Source of the DNA: an uncultured Clostridia bacterium | GTDB lineage: Bacteria > Bacillota > Clostridia > Christensenellales > Borkfalkiaceae | NCBI GenBank assembly: GCA_947175485.1 | Contig: CAMWMZ010000002.1 | Location: 3,092 to 67,091 of the forward strand | Direction of reading: 5' to 3' | Length of the DNA: 64,000 bases | Shown: one piece after another, positions 22,034 through 31,764 of the stretch | Position numbering within the stretch: position 1 is the stretch's first letter | Layout of the letters: every line of letters begins with the position of its first letter | Translations under genes and position numbers: made by a program | Notes under the pieces: generated by a model | What the model was told of the DNA's origin: nothing | Database searches by the model: none | Seen by the model: only the letters and a program-made list of their open reading frames with translations

Positions 22034-22087
22034 ACCCCTACTTCCCCGCTCTGTAAAAAATCCTTTTTGTTCGTCAGACACAGAAAA

Positions 22088-22128
22088 CAAACGGCGGTTC
22101 GGCTTAGCGCAACGCCGTTTTTATTTTG
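22088..22128 (+). terminator. Intrinsic terminator with no annotated upstream + strand gene
   Basis: Stem AACGGCG (22090-22096) / CGCCGTT (22113-22119), then TTTTTATTTT. Confidence 0.5.
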
Positions 22129-22246
22129 CCGTTAAAACGCTTAAACGAAACATTTTTTATATTTTGCGCCTGCAATATTGTTCAGCATTTGACTAACGGC
22201 AGGAAATTGCGCTATAATTTATTATGTATAATGCAGGAGGTGAATT

Positions 22247-23185
22247 ATGAAATCAGGCAAAGCGCCGGATAAAGCCGTTGTTTTGAAATTTCTTAAAAAA
22301 TACGGAATAATAACCCTCGGCTGTATTATTTATTCTTTGGGCGTATCCTTATTCCTCGACGCAAGCAATCTTGCTTCCGGCGGGGTTACGGGTATTTCCA
22401 TAATGATAAACTGCGTTATACGCGTTTGCACGGGGTACGAGCTCAGTACGGGCTTGATAATTCTTATAATAAACGTACCGCTGTTTATTTTAGGCGCGGT
22501 TTTCTTCGGCAAACACTTTTTGATTTCAACAGTTTACGCAACTATCCTTTCTTCCGCTTTAATGTGGCTTTTCAACTTGATTTTCGCCGCATATCTGCCC
22601 TTGCCCTGCGATTTGCTGTTAACGTCGCTTATCGGCGGAGCATTGTTCGGTTGCGGTATGGGGCTTATTTTCCGTATGGGCAGCTCCACGGGCGGCACCG
22701 ATGTGATAGTGAAAATTCTGAGAAAGAAATTCCGCTATATTCAAACCGGAATGATTTCCATGGCTATAGATTTAGTGATAGTGGGCACTTCCGCGCTGGT
22801 TTATTGGGCGCTAGGCATGGAAAACTTTTTTGAAATTACTTGCTATACCTTTATTTCAATCGTAGTGTTTTCAACTATGTTCGATTTCGTGCTTTACGGC
22901 GGAAATTCCGCAAAGCTCGTTTATATAATCACCACGCAAGACAACGCGCAGGCTATGTGCGCGAAAATTTTAAAAGACCTTGACGTGGGCGCGACTTTCG
23001 TAGACGGAGAAGGTGCATACACAGGCGACCAAAAGCGTATTATAATGTGCGCCGTAAAAAACTTTTTATATCCCAAGCTCAGGGATATAGTAAGCTCCGT
23101 AGACGCAAACGCTTTTATGATTGTTTCTTCCGCAAAAGAAATTTACGGCGAGGGTTATAAAAACCATCTCGACGACGAGCTTTAA
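22247..23185 (+). CDS. YitT-family membrane protein (DUF161 repeats plus C-terminal DUF2179)
   Basis: 312 aa with paired GG(V/T)(T/D) motifs (ASGGVTGISIM; SSTGGTDVIVKIL) and the C-terminal soluble segment ATFVDGEGAYTGDQKRIIMCAV...FMIVSSAKEIYGEGY. RBS GGAGG. Confidence 0.85.
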   Translation: MKSGKAPDKAVVLKFLKKYGIITLGCIIYSLGVSLFLDASNLASGGVTGISIMINCVIRVCTGYELSTGLIILIINVPLFILGAVFFGKHFLISTVYATILSSALMWLFNLIFAAYLPLPCDLLLTSLIGGALFGCGMGLIFRMGSSTGGTDVIVKILRKKFRYIQTGMISMAIDLVIVGTSALVYWALGMENFFEITCYTFISIVVFSTMFDFVLYGGNSAKLVYIITTQDNAQAMCAKILKDLDVGATFVDGEGAYTGDQKRIIMCAVKNFLYPKLRDIVSSVDANAFMIVSSAKEIYGEGYKNHLDDEL

Positions 23186-23208
23186 AATAACCGGCACAAA
23201 GGATTAAA

Positions 23209-24777
23209 ATGAATAAAACAATTGCTCTTACGGGGACTACCGGTGCTATGGGCGGAGAAGTGCTTTTAAGCCTTATGCAGTCGCCTTTAAACCTCAACGT
23301 AAGGTGTATAATCTTTGAAAAAGAAAAGCACCTGCCCCCTTTCGTAAAAAATACGCTTAAAAAATATAAAGACAGAATTTACGCTTTCAAGGGCGACATA
23401 TCACGCTACGACGATTGCGTTGAACTGATTAAAGGCGCCGACTACGTGATAAACTGCGCCTCCATTATACCTCCGAAATCGGACCACGACCACGCAGGCA
23501 CTTATAAAAGCAATTTTGTGGGCACGAAAAACATTGTGGACGCAATAATGGCAAGCGGGCGGGAAAACGAAATTGCTTTGGTTCATATCGCAACCGTGGC
23601 TATGTACGGTCACCGCGCTATGCCTCACGTATGGCTGCGCGTAGGCGACCCCGTTATTTCAAGCGATTACGACGTTTATTCGACGCAGAAATTAAAAGCT
23701 GAAAAATACGTTCTGGAAAGCGGCTTGCCCCGCTTCGTATCCTTGCGCCAGACCGCCGTTTTGCACAAGTATATGTTTACGAACAACTTAAAAGACGGGC
23801 TTATGTTCCACACCGTTTGGAACGGTACTCTGGAATGGGTAACCGATTACGACAGCGGAGTGTTGTGCAGAAACCTTGTTGAAAAGGATATCGGCGGAAA
23901 GCTGGAAAATTTCTGGAACAAAATATACAACATAGGCGGCGGAGAAGCGTGCCGCGTTACCGGCTTTGAAACGTTTGACAGGTGCTTTTCTCTTACCGGC
24001 AGAGGAGTTAAAAAGTATTTCAAACCGAACTGGAACATTGCAAGAAATTTCCACGGCGGTTGGTTTTACGACAGTGACGAGCTTGAAGAAATTTTACATT
24101 TCCGCAGTGAATCGTGTGAAGATTTCTGGAAAAGGCTCGGCAAAAAATACGGATATTTCAAGCTGGCTAAGCTTGTGCCCGCTTCTGTTATTTCTTCTTT
24201 GGCAATAAAAAGGCTTTTCCGCAATACCAATTCGCCGAAATACTGGCTGAAAAACGGCGCAGAAGGCAGAATTAAAGCGTTTTTCGGCAGTAGGGAAGCA
24301 TATGAAAAAATCCCCGAAAATTGGGAAGACTATAATCTGTTAAACGAAGGAAAGCTTGAAGACGGCTCCGAAATCGATTATAGCGAACTCAAAAACATTA
24401 AAAACGCAAAACCGCGGCTTTTAAACCACGGTTACGATGACAGCAAGCCTTTGGAAGAGCTTGAATTATCCGATTTGCAGGACGCCGCCGCGTTCCGCGG
24501 AGGAAAATGCCTTGCACCGAAGTTCGGCAAAGACATGCTTTATGACAAAGTAATGTGGAAATGCCGCGCAGGGCACGAATTTGCGCTTACCCCCTACACC
24601 GTTTTAAAGGGCGGTTACTGGTGCCCGCATTGTTGCGAGCCTAAACCCTGGAGATACGGCGCGATTGCCGATATTCCCTATTATGGACAGGTTTATTACG
24701 ATTCCCACAGCGAAAGCGAGGTTGACGACGCTTATCCCGTTTTCGACCATGAAGAGGATTTCATAATTAAAAAATAA
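23209..24777 (+). CDS. NAD(P)-dependent epimerase/dehydratase-family (extended SDR) protein with a C-terminal Cys/His-rich extension
   Basis: 522 aa. The N-terminal Rossmann motif is LTGTTGAMGGEV. The C-terminal 75 aa contain WKCRAGHEF...YWCPHCCEP. Confidence 0.7.
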   Translation: MNKTIALTGTTGAMGGEVLLSLMQSPLNLNVRCIIFEKEKHLPPFVKNTLKKYKDRIYAFKGDISRYDDCVELIKGADYVINCASIIPPKSDHDHAGTYKSNFVGTKNIVDAIMASGRENEIALVHIATVAMYGHRAMPHVWLRVGDPVISSDYDVYSTQKLKAEKYVLESGLPRFVSLRQTAVLHKYMFTNNLKDGLMFHTVWNGTLEWVTDYDSGVLCRNLVEKDIGGKLENFWNKIYNIGGGEACRVTGFETFDRCFSLTGRGVKKYFKPNWNIARNFHGGWFYDSDELEEILHFRSESCEDFWKRLGKKYGYFKLAKLVPASVISSLAIKRLFRNTNSPKYWLKNGAEGRIKAFFGSREAYEKIPENWEDYNLLNEGKLEDGSEIDYSELKNIKNAKPRLLNHGYDDSKPLEELELSDLQDAAAFRGGKCLAPKFGKDMLYDKVMWKCRAGHEFALTPYTVLKGGYWCPHCCEPKPWRYGAIADIPYYGQVYYDSHSESEVDDAYPVFDHEEDFIIKK

Positions 24778-24809
24778 CTTACGGCGCAAAAACCGCGCGA
24801 TAATATTTT

Positions 24810-25757
24810 ATGAAAGTAATTTTATACGTATTTTCGGGCACGGGTAACACCATGAAGGTTGCCGCGCTCTATAAAAAGTTTTTGGAAAACCCTAATAAAG
24901 CTTTAAACTCGGAAGCGGATACGGAATTTGCGCCCGCTTCGGTAGATATTTACCGCGTATCTCAAAAAAGCGGCGAACTGCCCGACCCGAACGCTTATGA
25001 TTTGGTTGGCGTAGGCTATCCCATTCACGGATTTTCAGCACCCGAGCCCACTATAAATCTTTGCAAAGCTTTACCCAAAGTTGAAAACAAACGCACTTTT
25101 ATATTCAAAACTTCGGGAGAAGGTTTGCATATAAACGACTGCTCCTCGCAAAAGTGCATCAAAATTTTAAAGAAAAAGGGCTACGACGTGGCAATGGAGC
25201 GGCACATAGTTATGCCCTATAATATGATTTACCGCCACCGCGATGAAATGGCTAAACAAATGTGGATTTACGCACATGCTTTGGTTGACATGCATTGCCG
25301 CGAATTGCTCCAAAACAAACACGAAAACGTAAACCAACCTTTTTATAAAACGTTTTATTGCCCGCCCGTAAGGTTTTTGGAGCAGAAATTCGCACACTTG
25401 CACGGAAAGGCGTTTAACGTAAATTCCGATAAATGCGTAAATTGTATGCGTTGCGTAAACGTATGCCCGCAAAACAATATAAAATATGAAAACGGAAAGT
25501 TCTCTTTCGGGCACGAGTGCGTATTGTGTATGGGTTGTTCTTTCGGTTGCCCGCAAGACGCTATCAACGTAGGCGTTTTCAGATTTTGGAAAGTAAACGG
25601 CAGCTACCGTTTGAACGAGCTGAAAAAAAACGAGGATATCCCGTTCCCTTACGTTCCAAACTATGCAAAGGGCGTTTACAAGCTGTATAAAAAATATTAC
25701 AGCGAGTGCGATAAAAAGCTCTCGCTTGCCGGTATTGACGTTAACGATTATATATAA
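24810..25757 (+). CDS. EFR1-family ferredoxin (flavodoxin-like domain plus 2x[4Fe-4S] motif)
   Basis: 315 aa with an N-terminal ILYVFSGTGNT flavodoxin-like loop and the two clusters CVNCMRCVNVCP and CVLCMGCSFGCP. Confidence 0.8.
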   Translation: MKVILYVFSGTGNTMKVAALYKKFLENPNKALNSEADTEFAPASVDIYRVSQKSGELPDPNAYDLVGVGYPIHGFSAPEPTINLCKALPKVENKRTFIFKTSGEGLHINDCSSQKCIKILKKKGYDVAMERHIVMPYNMIYRHRDEMAKQMWIYAHALVDMHCRELLQNKHENVNQPFYKTFYCPPVRFLEQKFAHLHGKAFNVNSDKCVNCMRCVNVCPQNNIKYENGKFSFGHECVLCMGCSFGCPQDAINVGVFRFWKVNGSYRLNELKKNEDIPFPYVPNYAKGVYKLYKKYYSECDKKLSLAGIDVNDYI

Positions 25758-25763
25758 AATATA

Positions 25764-26651
25764 ATGAGAAAGTTTAATAAAATAGCCGGCGGAATTTTAG
25801 TCGGGATTTTCGGATTTTACGGCTTGATTTCTTTCATCTATCAGCTTACCGCAGGAAAAACCGACTTGGTTAACGCTGTTTTAACCCTTATAATTGCAGC
25901 AGCGGTTTGCCTTATTTCCTATTTGTCTTTTTTCGGGAAATGGGGAGCATTTTTGCACCGATTTGGCAGGCACGACGAAGCTTCTGCAATAGACAGCGAT
26001 TACGAATACGTCATACACCCCGTAAAGCGTTCTAAATACTCGGTGCGAAATTTTAAGTTTAATTCTGCGAGTATTGCGCCCGCACTTGCGTGTTTGGTCG
26101 GTGCAACGGTTATGTTTGTGCTCGGAGGGTTGGAAATAAGCAAAATTACGGGAGGAAGTTACCTTAAAGCCGAAGCCGTTATCGAAAGTGTTTTGACGAA
26201 TAACGGAGAAAGCCGCCTTTTATGCGTGTTTGAAGTCAACGGCAGGCAATACTTCGGTGCAATTGCCGATAGCTGGTCGGGCGTAAAATTTATTGCGGGC
26301 AACACCGTTACGATATATTATCAAAGATTTCATCCCGAAATCGTAATGCAGCTATCCTCGCCGATAATGATGTTTATGGGCGGTTTTTTGTTTACAGGTA
26401 TCGCCGTTATCGCGTTTTTGGCTATAAACAGACTTACCGCCGTTATCGGAATACCCGCAGGACTGATATTTATGTGCGCTGGAATTTGCTTTCAGATTGC
26501 AGAGTATTACGCGGGCGGATTTAACTTTTTACAGCTTGCATTAAGCGGCGCACTGGCTTTCGGTTGTAATTTCTTTATAATAATCGGGCTTTACTGCATA
26601 TGTGCGGGGGTCGGGAATATAATTCGTTACGCAAAAGGTTACGAAGTATGA
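25764..26651 (+). CDS. Polytopic membrane protein with a DUF3592-like central domain
   Basis: 295 aa. TM helices flank a soluble beta-rich segment (KAEAVIESVLTNNGESRLLCVFEVNGRQYFG...GNTVTIYYQRFHPE) shaped like DUF3592. Confidence 0.6.
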   Translation: MRKFNKIAGGILVGIFGFYGLISFIYQLTAGKTDLVNAVLTLIIAAAVCLISYLSFFGKWGAFLHRFGRHDEASAIDSDYEYVIHPVKRSKYSVRNFKFNSASIAPALACLVGATVMFVLGGLEISKITGGSYLKAEAVIESVLTNNGESRLLCVFEVNGRQYFGAIADSWSGVKFIAGNTVTIYYQRFHPEIVMQLSSPIMMFMGGFLFTGIAVIAFLAINRLTAVIGIPAGLIFMCAGICFQIAEYYAGGFNFLQLALSGALAFGCNFFIIIGLYCICAGVGNIIRYAKGYEV

Positions 26652-27100
26652 AAACCGTTAAAGAGTTTTTGTTTGTAGGCGCCGCCGCAATTATTTTTGC
26701 GGTTTTGGGCGTTGCATTGCTTGCTTCCTCCATATATTCCGCAACCGAACACGGAAATTATATAAGAACCGCCGCCACGGTAACGCATGCGGAGGTTTGG
26801 CAAAAAGACGGCGAATACGTGGTTCAGGTTACTTACGAATATTTTGTGGACGGAAAACGATACGAAAAGCAAAGTCCGCATGTAAGAAGCGCGAATTCAA
26901 GCAAATTCGAGGGCGATACTCTCACCGTCTATTATAACCCCGAAAATCCGGAAGAGGTTAACGAGGGCGGCGCTATCAGTTTCTCCGTAATGTTTTTCGG
27001 TATTGCTTTTACGGTTGTCGGCGGCGGACTGTTCGCGTTCGTTTTAATAGAAATAAAAAAGAGCGGAGATATTTCAAAAAATAATAAACTTACAAAGTAA
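26648..27100 (+). CDS. DUF3592-domain membrane protein
   Basis: Start at MKTVKEF (ATG 26648), overlapping the preceding stop as ATGA. The layout is TM - TATVTHAEVWQKDGEYVVQVTYEYFVDGKRYE...GDTLTVYYNPENPEE - TM. Confidence 0.7.
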   Translation: MKTVKEFLFVGAAAIIFAVLGVALLASSIYSATEHGNYIRTAATVTHAEVWQKDGEYVVQVTYEYFVDGKRYEKQSPHVRSANSSKFEGDTLTVYYNPENPEEVNEGGAISFSVMFFGIAFTVVGGGLFAFVLIEIKKSGDISKNNKLTK

Positions 27101-27116
27101 AGCGTAAAATAAGTGT

Positions 27117-28013
27117 ATGAAAGCAAAAGAATTTTTTAAAAGTTTCGGTATGGGCGCGGCAGTCGGTGCGGCAATGATTATCCCCGGAGTCAGCGGGGGC
27201 ACTATCGCCGTGCTTTTTAATATTTATGATAAACTCATAAACGCAATCAGCGATTTGAGAAAAGATTTTAAAAACAGCTTTTTCTTTTTGCTTCCGATAG
27301 TTCTCGGCGCGGTTGCCGCGGTTATTGCGGCGTATTTCCCCCTCAAATTTTTCATTAACCGCGCTCCTCTCCCCACATTGATGCTTTTTGCGGGGCTTAT
27401 GGTAGGGTCGTTCCCCAAAATGTTTAAGGATACCATAAAAAAAGGGTTCAAAAAAACAGACGTAATCGCCATTATATTGCCTTTGGCTTTTTTGGTGGGA
27501 ATTTGCTTCGTTCCGTCGTTAGGCAACGTAAATCTCGGCGCGGATATGCCTGTTTGGGGATATTTCGTACTTATTTTAATAGGTGCGGTTGCATCGTGCG
27601 CGCTTGTAGTGCCGGGAGTCAGCGGCTCCATGCTTTTATTGATTTTCGGCTATTACACCTCTATTTTAAATACCGTTTCCGCATTAAAGGTTGATTTCGG
27701 GCACTCTATTTTAGTGCTTGCGTTGTTTGGAATCGGGCTTATTGTAGGATTTTTCAGCATTGCAAAGCTGATGAAATTCCTTTTGCACAAGTTCCCCCGC
27801 GGCACAAGCTGGGCGATTATAGGATTTGTAGTAGGCTCGATCCCCGCTATCTTCCTCTCGTTTGACTGGGCGGCAGAGGGTGTTCCCGCTTTCAGCTCCT
27901 TGCATATGGCGGCGGGCGCACTTTTATGTATTTTCGGGCTTATTGCAAGCTTTGCGTTTACCGCATATGCGGACGCGCGCAATGAAAAAAAGCCGCATAT
28001 GTTAAACGAATAA
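27117..28013 (+). CDS. DUF368-family membrane protein (family implicated in undecaprenyl-phosphate translocation)
   Basis: 298 aa with the duplicated signature IIPGVSGGTIAVLFNIY and VVPGVSGSMLLLIFGYY. Confidence 0.85.
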   Translation: MKAKEFFKSFGMGAAVGAAMIIPGVSGGTIAVLFNIYDKLINAISDLRKDFKNSFFFLLPIVLGAVAAVIAAYFPLKFFINRAPLPTLMLFAGLMVGSFPKMFKDTIKKGFKKTDVIAIILPLAFLVGICFVPSLGNVNLGADMPVWGYFVLILIGAVASCALVVPGVSGSMLLLIFGYYTSILNTVSALKVDFGHSILVLALFGIGLIVGFFSIAKLMKFLLHKFPRGTSWAIIGFVVGSIPAIFLSFDWAAEGVPAFSSLHMAAGALLCIFGLIASFAFTAYADARNEKKPHMLNE

Positions 28014-28024
28014 TATGAACCTTA

Positions 28025-28066
28025 AAAAATATGCCCCGACGGACAAATGTCCGTCGGGGCTTTTAA
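28025..28066. terminator. Bidirectional intrinsic terminator (DUF368 gene / rpoC convergent)
   Basis: GCCCCGACGG (28033-28042) - ACAAATGT - CCGTCGGGGC (28051-28060), with an A-run before and TTTTAATTT after. Confidence 0.85.
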
Positions 28067-28071
28067 TTTAA

Positions 28072-31000
28072 TTAATTGTTTTCGCCGTTATCGACTATGC
28101 TGTTATAGTTGGGGTTGATTACAGGCGACATATTTTTGTATTCCTTTACGCCTGTGCCCGCGGGAATGAGCTTACCGATAATAACGTTTTCTTTAAGACC
28201 GATAAGCGGGTCAACCTTGTTCTTGATAGCCGCGTCGGTGAGCACCCTTGCCGTTTCCTGGAACGAAGCCGCCGAAAGGAAGCTGTCGGTCGAAAGCGCA
28301 GCCTTGGTAATTCCAAGCAATACACGCTTCTGAAGCGCGGGAGTGCCGCCGTTTTCTATCGCCTTCATGTTCTCCTCTTCAACGGTAAACATATCTACCG
28401 TTTCGCCGGGGAGAAGGTTGGTTGAACCGGCGCTTTCGATTCTTACCTTTCTGAGCATCTGGCGGACGATAATTTCAACGTGTTTATCGTTGATGTCAAC
28501 GCCTTGCGAACGGTAAACCGACTGAACCTGTTCAAGGATATAGTCCTGAACGCCTTTAACGCCCGAAACCCTCAAAATATCCTGGGGATAAACCGAACCT
28601 GCGTTGAGAACCGTTCCGGGTTGAACGGTATCGCCGCTCTTTACGTGCAGTTCTGCATTGAAAGGCAAGGAATATTCCTTTTTAATTTCTTTGGTTACGG
28701 GGTCGCGCACGATTACGTGTTTTAAGTTGTCTTTATCGTCGATGGTTACAACGCCCGAAACTTCGCAAAGAGTTGCGCAGCCTTTGGGTTTGCGCGCTTC
28801 GAAAAGCTCTTCTACACGGGGCAAACCTTGGGTGATATCACCCGTAGCCGCAATACCGCCGGTATGGAACGTACGCATGGTAAGCTGTGTACCGGGCTCG
28901 CCGATTGACTGTGCCGCGATAACTCCGACAGCTTCGCCCGCCTGAACGGGGAGGTTTGTAGCCATATTCTTACCATAGCATTTTGCGCAAACGCCGTAAC
29001 GCGAATTACAAGTGAATACCGAACGGATTGCAACTTCTTCAACGCCGGCCGCAACGATTTCTTTTGCAAGCACGTCCGTTACGAAGCCGTTCTGTTCAAC
29101 GATAACGTTGCCGTTTTTATCCTTTACGTCTTCCGCTACGAATCTGCCCTGAATTCTGTCTTCAAGTCCTTCTATAATTTCGCCGTTAGGTCCGATAATT
29201 GCCCTTACAGCCATACCGCGGGGCTTTTTGCTTCCCGCCATACAGTCGTCCTCGCGCACGATTACGTCTTGCGATACGTCTACAAGGCGGCGGGTAAGAT
29301 AACCGGAGTCCGCCGTTTTTAACGCGGTGTCGGCAAGTCCTTTACGTCCGCCGTGCGAAGAAATGAAGTATTCCAAAACCGAAAGCCCCTGACGGAAGCA
29401 TGATTTAACGGGAACTTCTATCTTTTTACCCTGAGGGTTAACCATTAGTCCGCGCATACCGGAAAGCTGTTTCATCTGGTCAATCGAACCGCGGGCGCCC
29501 GAATTAGCCATCATCCAGATAGGATTGAACTTATCAAGCGATTTTTTAAGCGCGTCGGTAACTCTGTCCGTTGCGTCGTCCCACGCGTTGATAACCGCGT
29601 TGTAACGCTCTTCCTCGCGCAGAAGTCCGCGCTGGTATTTCTTTTCGATTTTTATAACGTTTTCTTCCGTTTCCGCAACGATTGCTTTCTTTGCGTCGGG
29701 AATGTGCATATCGAATACGGAAGTGGTAATAGCGCCGACGGTTGAATACTTATATCCAAGCGTTTTGATTTTATCAAGAACGTCTGCCGCTCTGGGCGCT
29801 CCGCCCGTCTTGAAGCAGCGCTCTACGATTTTACCGAGCTGCTTTTTGCCTACCGCAACGGCTCCGCCTAAAAATTCGTAAGAAATTTCATATTTGAGAT
29901 AATCTTCGGGAGTTTTGCGCTCTACAAAGCCCAAATCCTGAGGCATTTCGTTGTTGAATATAATTCTGCCGACGCTCGTTTTAACAATACCCGTAACGCT
30001 TTGACCGTTGAAAGGCGAGTTTTCGTCCTCGATTTCAACCGTTCTGCGCACGTATATTTCGTCCTGCATATGAACGAGCTTAAGCTGATAGGCAATCATT
30101 GCCTCGTCTTCGGAAATGTAAGCGTTGGGAACGTATTTTTCCGCGCCCTCTTCCGTTTCCGCGCATTCGTAATATCTGTCTCCGCTCCAACGGTAGAACT
30201 TGTTTTCCTCGCGCCTTAAAATCGTGAGGTAATAAGCGCCCATAACCATATCCTGCGAAGGCTGCATAACAGGCTTGCCGTCGGAAAGCTTTAATATATT
30301 GTTAGAAGAAAGCATCAGATATCTTGCTTCCGCCTGAGCTTCAACCGAAAGAGGAACGTGAACCGCCATCTGGTCGCCGTCGAAGTCCGCGTTGAATGCG
30401 GTACAAACAAGCGGGTGGATTTTAATGGCTCTTCCTTCGATTAACACCGGCTCGAAAGCCTGAATGGAAAGCCTGTGCAATGTGGGAGCGCGGTTCAAAA
30501 GAACGGGGTGCTCTTTTATAACCTCTTCCAAAACGTCCCAAACAAAGGGTTTAGCCTTTTCAACAGTGCGTTTTGCGCTCTTTATATTGTGGCATTGTCC
30601 GCTTTCAACAAGCTTTTTCATAACAAACGGCTTGAAAAGCTCGATTGCCATTTCCTTGGGAAGTCCGCACTGATAAAGCTTGAGTTCGGGGCCTACAACG
30701 ATAACCGAACGGCCGGAATAGTCTACACGTTTACCGAGCAGGTTTTGGCGGAAACGTCCTTGCTTACCGCGGAGCATGCCCGAAAGAGATTTAAGCTCTC
30801 TGTTCGAAGGCCCTGCAAGCGGCTTGCCGCGTCTGCCGTTATCGATAAGCGCGTCAACGGCTTCCTGCAACATACGTTTTTCGTTCTTGACTATCATATC
30901 GGGAGCGCCGAGCTCCATCATTCTCTTCAAACGGTTGTTGCGGTTGATAACTCTTCTGTATAAGTCGTTCAAATCGGAGGAAGCAAATCTGCCGCCGTCG

Positions 31001-31749
31001 AGCTGAACCATAGGTCTTATATCGGGAGGAAGCACGGGAAGAACGGTCAATACCATCCATTCGGGGCGGTTGCCGCTCTTTCTGAACGCTTCAAGAACTT
31101 CTATTCTCTTAACCGCTTTAACGCGCTTCTGGCTTGCGCCCGAGTTATCAATTATGTTCTTTGTTTCTTCACATTCTTTATCGAGGTCTACAGCCATCAA
31201 AAGCTCGCGGATAGCTTCCGCGCCCATTCCGACTTTAAGACCTGTAGCTTCGCTGTCGCCGTAATTTTCTTCGATTTCACGCAGTTCTTTATCGTTTATC
31301 ACCTGCTTGTATTCGAGAACGGGTACGCTGCCCGGGTCGATTACGACGTAAGCCGCAAAGTAAATAATCTGCTCCAAAGCCTTGGGGGACATATCGAGTA
31401 TAAGACCTATACGCGAAGGAACGCCGCGGAAATACCAGATATGGGATACGGGAGCGGCAAGCTCTATATGACCCATTCTTTCACGTCTTACCTTTGCACG
31501 GGTTACTTCAACGCCGCATTTTTCGCAGGTTATGCCCTTATAACGGATACGTTTGTATTTTCCGCAATGGCATTCCCAGTCTTTCATCGGTCCGAAAATA
31601 CGCTCGCAGAAAAGTCCGTCTTTTTCCGGCTTTTGGGTTCTGTAATTTATAGTTTCGGGCTTGGTTACCTCGCCCTTGGAAAGTTCCCTGATTTTTTCGG
31701 GGGAAGCTACGCTGATTTTTATTGAATTGAAATCGTTTAATTCAAACAT
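28072..31749 (-). CDS. rpoC: DNA-directed RNA polymerase subunit beta'
   Basis: 1225 aa with the zinc motif [20 protein letters not shown], the catalytic NADFDGDQM, and bridge-helix and trigger-loop segments. Confidence 0.97.
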   Translation of the reverse strand: MFELNDFNSIKISVASPEKIRELSKGEVTKPETINYRTQKPEKDGLFCERIFGPMKDWECHCGKYKRIRYKGITCEKCGVEVTRAKVRRERMGHIELAAPVSHIWYFRGVPSRIGLILDMSPKALEQIIYFAAYVVIDPGSVPVLEYKQVINDKELREIEENYGDSEATGLKVGMGAEAIRELLMAVDLDKECEETKNIIDNSGASQKRVKAVKRIEVLEAFRKSGNRPEWMVLTVLPVLPPDIRPMVQLDGGRFASSDLNDLYRRVINRNNRLKRMMELGAPDMIVKNEKRMLQEAVDALIDNGRRGKPLAGPSNRELKSLSGMLRGKQGRFRQNLLGKRVDYSGRSVIVVGPELKLYQCGLPKEMAIELFKPFVMKKLVESGQCHNIKSAKRTVEKAKPFVWDVLEEVIKEHPVLLNRAPTLHRLSIQAFEPVLIEGRAIKIHPLVCTAFNADFDGDQMAVHVPLSVEAQAEARYLMLSSNNILKLSDGKPVMQPSQDMVMGAYYLTILRREENKFYRWSGDRYYECAETEEGAEKYVPNAYISEDEAMIAYQLKLVHMQDEIYVRRTVEIEDENSPFNGQSVTGIVKTSVGRIIFNNEMPQDLGFVERKTPEDYLKYEISYEFLGGAVAVGKKQLGKIVERCFKTGGAPRAADVLDKIKTLGYKYSTVGAITTSVFDMHIPDAKKAIVAETEENVIKIEKKYQRGLLREEERYNAVINAWDDATDRVTDALKKSLDKFNPIWMMANSGARGSIDQMKQLSGMRGLMVNPQGKKIEVPVKSCFRQGLSVLEYFISSHGGRKGLADTALKTADSGYLTRRLVDVSQDVIVREDDCMAGSKKPRGMAVRAIIGPNGEIIEGLEDRIQGRFVAEDVKDKNGNVIVEQNGFVTDVLAKEIVAAGVEEVAIRSVFTCNSRYGVCAKCYGKNMATNLPVQAGEAVGVIAAQSIGEPGTQLTMRTFHTGGIAATGDITQGLPRVEELFEARKPKGCATLCEVSGVVTIDDKDNLKHVIVRDPVTKEIKKEYSLPFNAELHVKSGDTVQPGTVLNAGSVYPQDILRVSGVKGVQDYILEQVQSVYRSQGVDINDKHVEIIVRQMLRKVRIESAGSTNLLPGETVDMFTVEEENMKAIENGGTPALQKRVLLGITKAALSTDSFLSAASFQETARVLTDAAIKNKVDPLIGLKENVIIGKLIPAGTGVKEYKNMSPVINPNYNSIVDNGENN

Positions 31750-31764
31750 TATACTTTACCTCCC

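Noticed and set aside
21960-22040. Possible functional tRNA gene downstream of the orphan gene
   Set aside because: Only T-arm/acceptor-like 3' pieces are present. No complementary 5' acceptor strand, D arm or anticodon arm can be folded, and the T stems are mismatched. It is reported as fragments, not as a gene.
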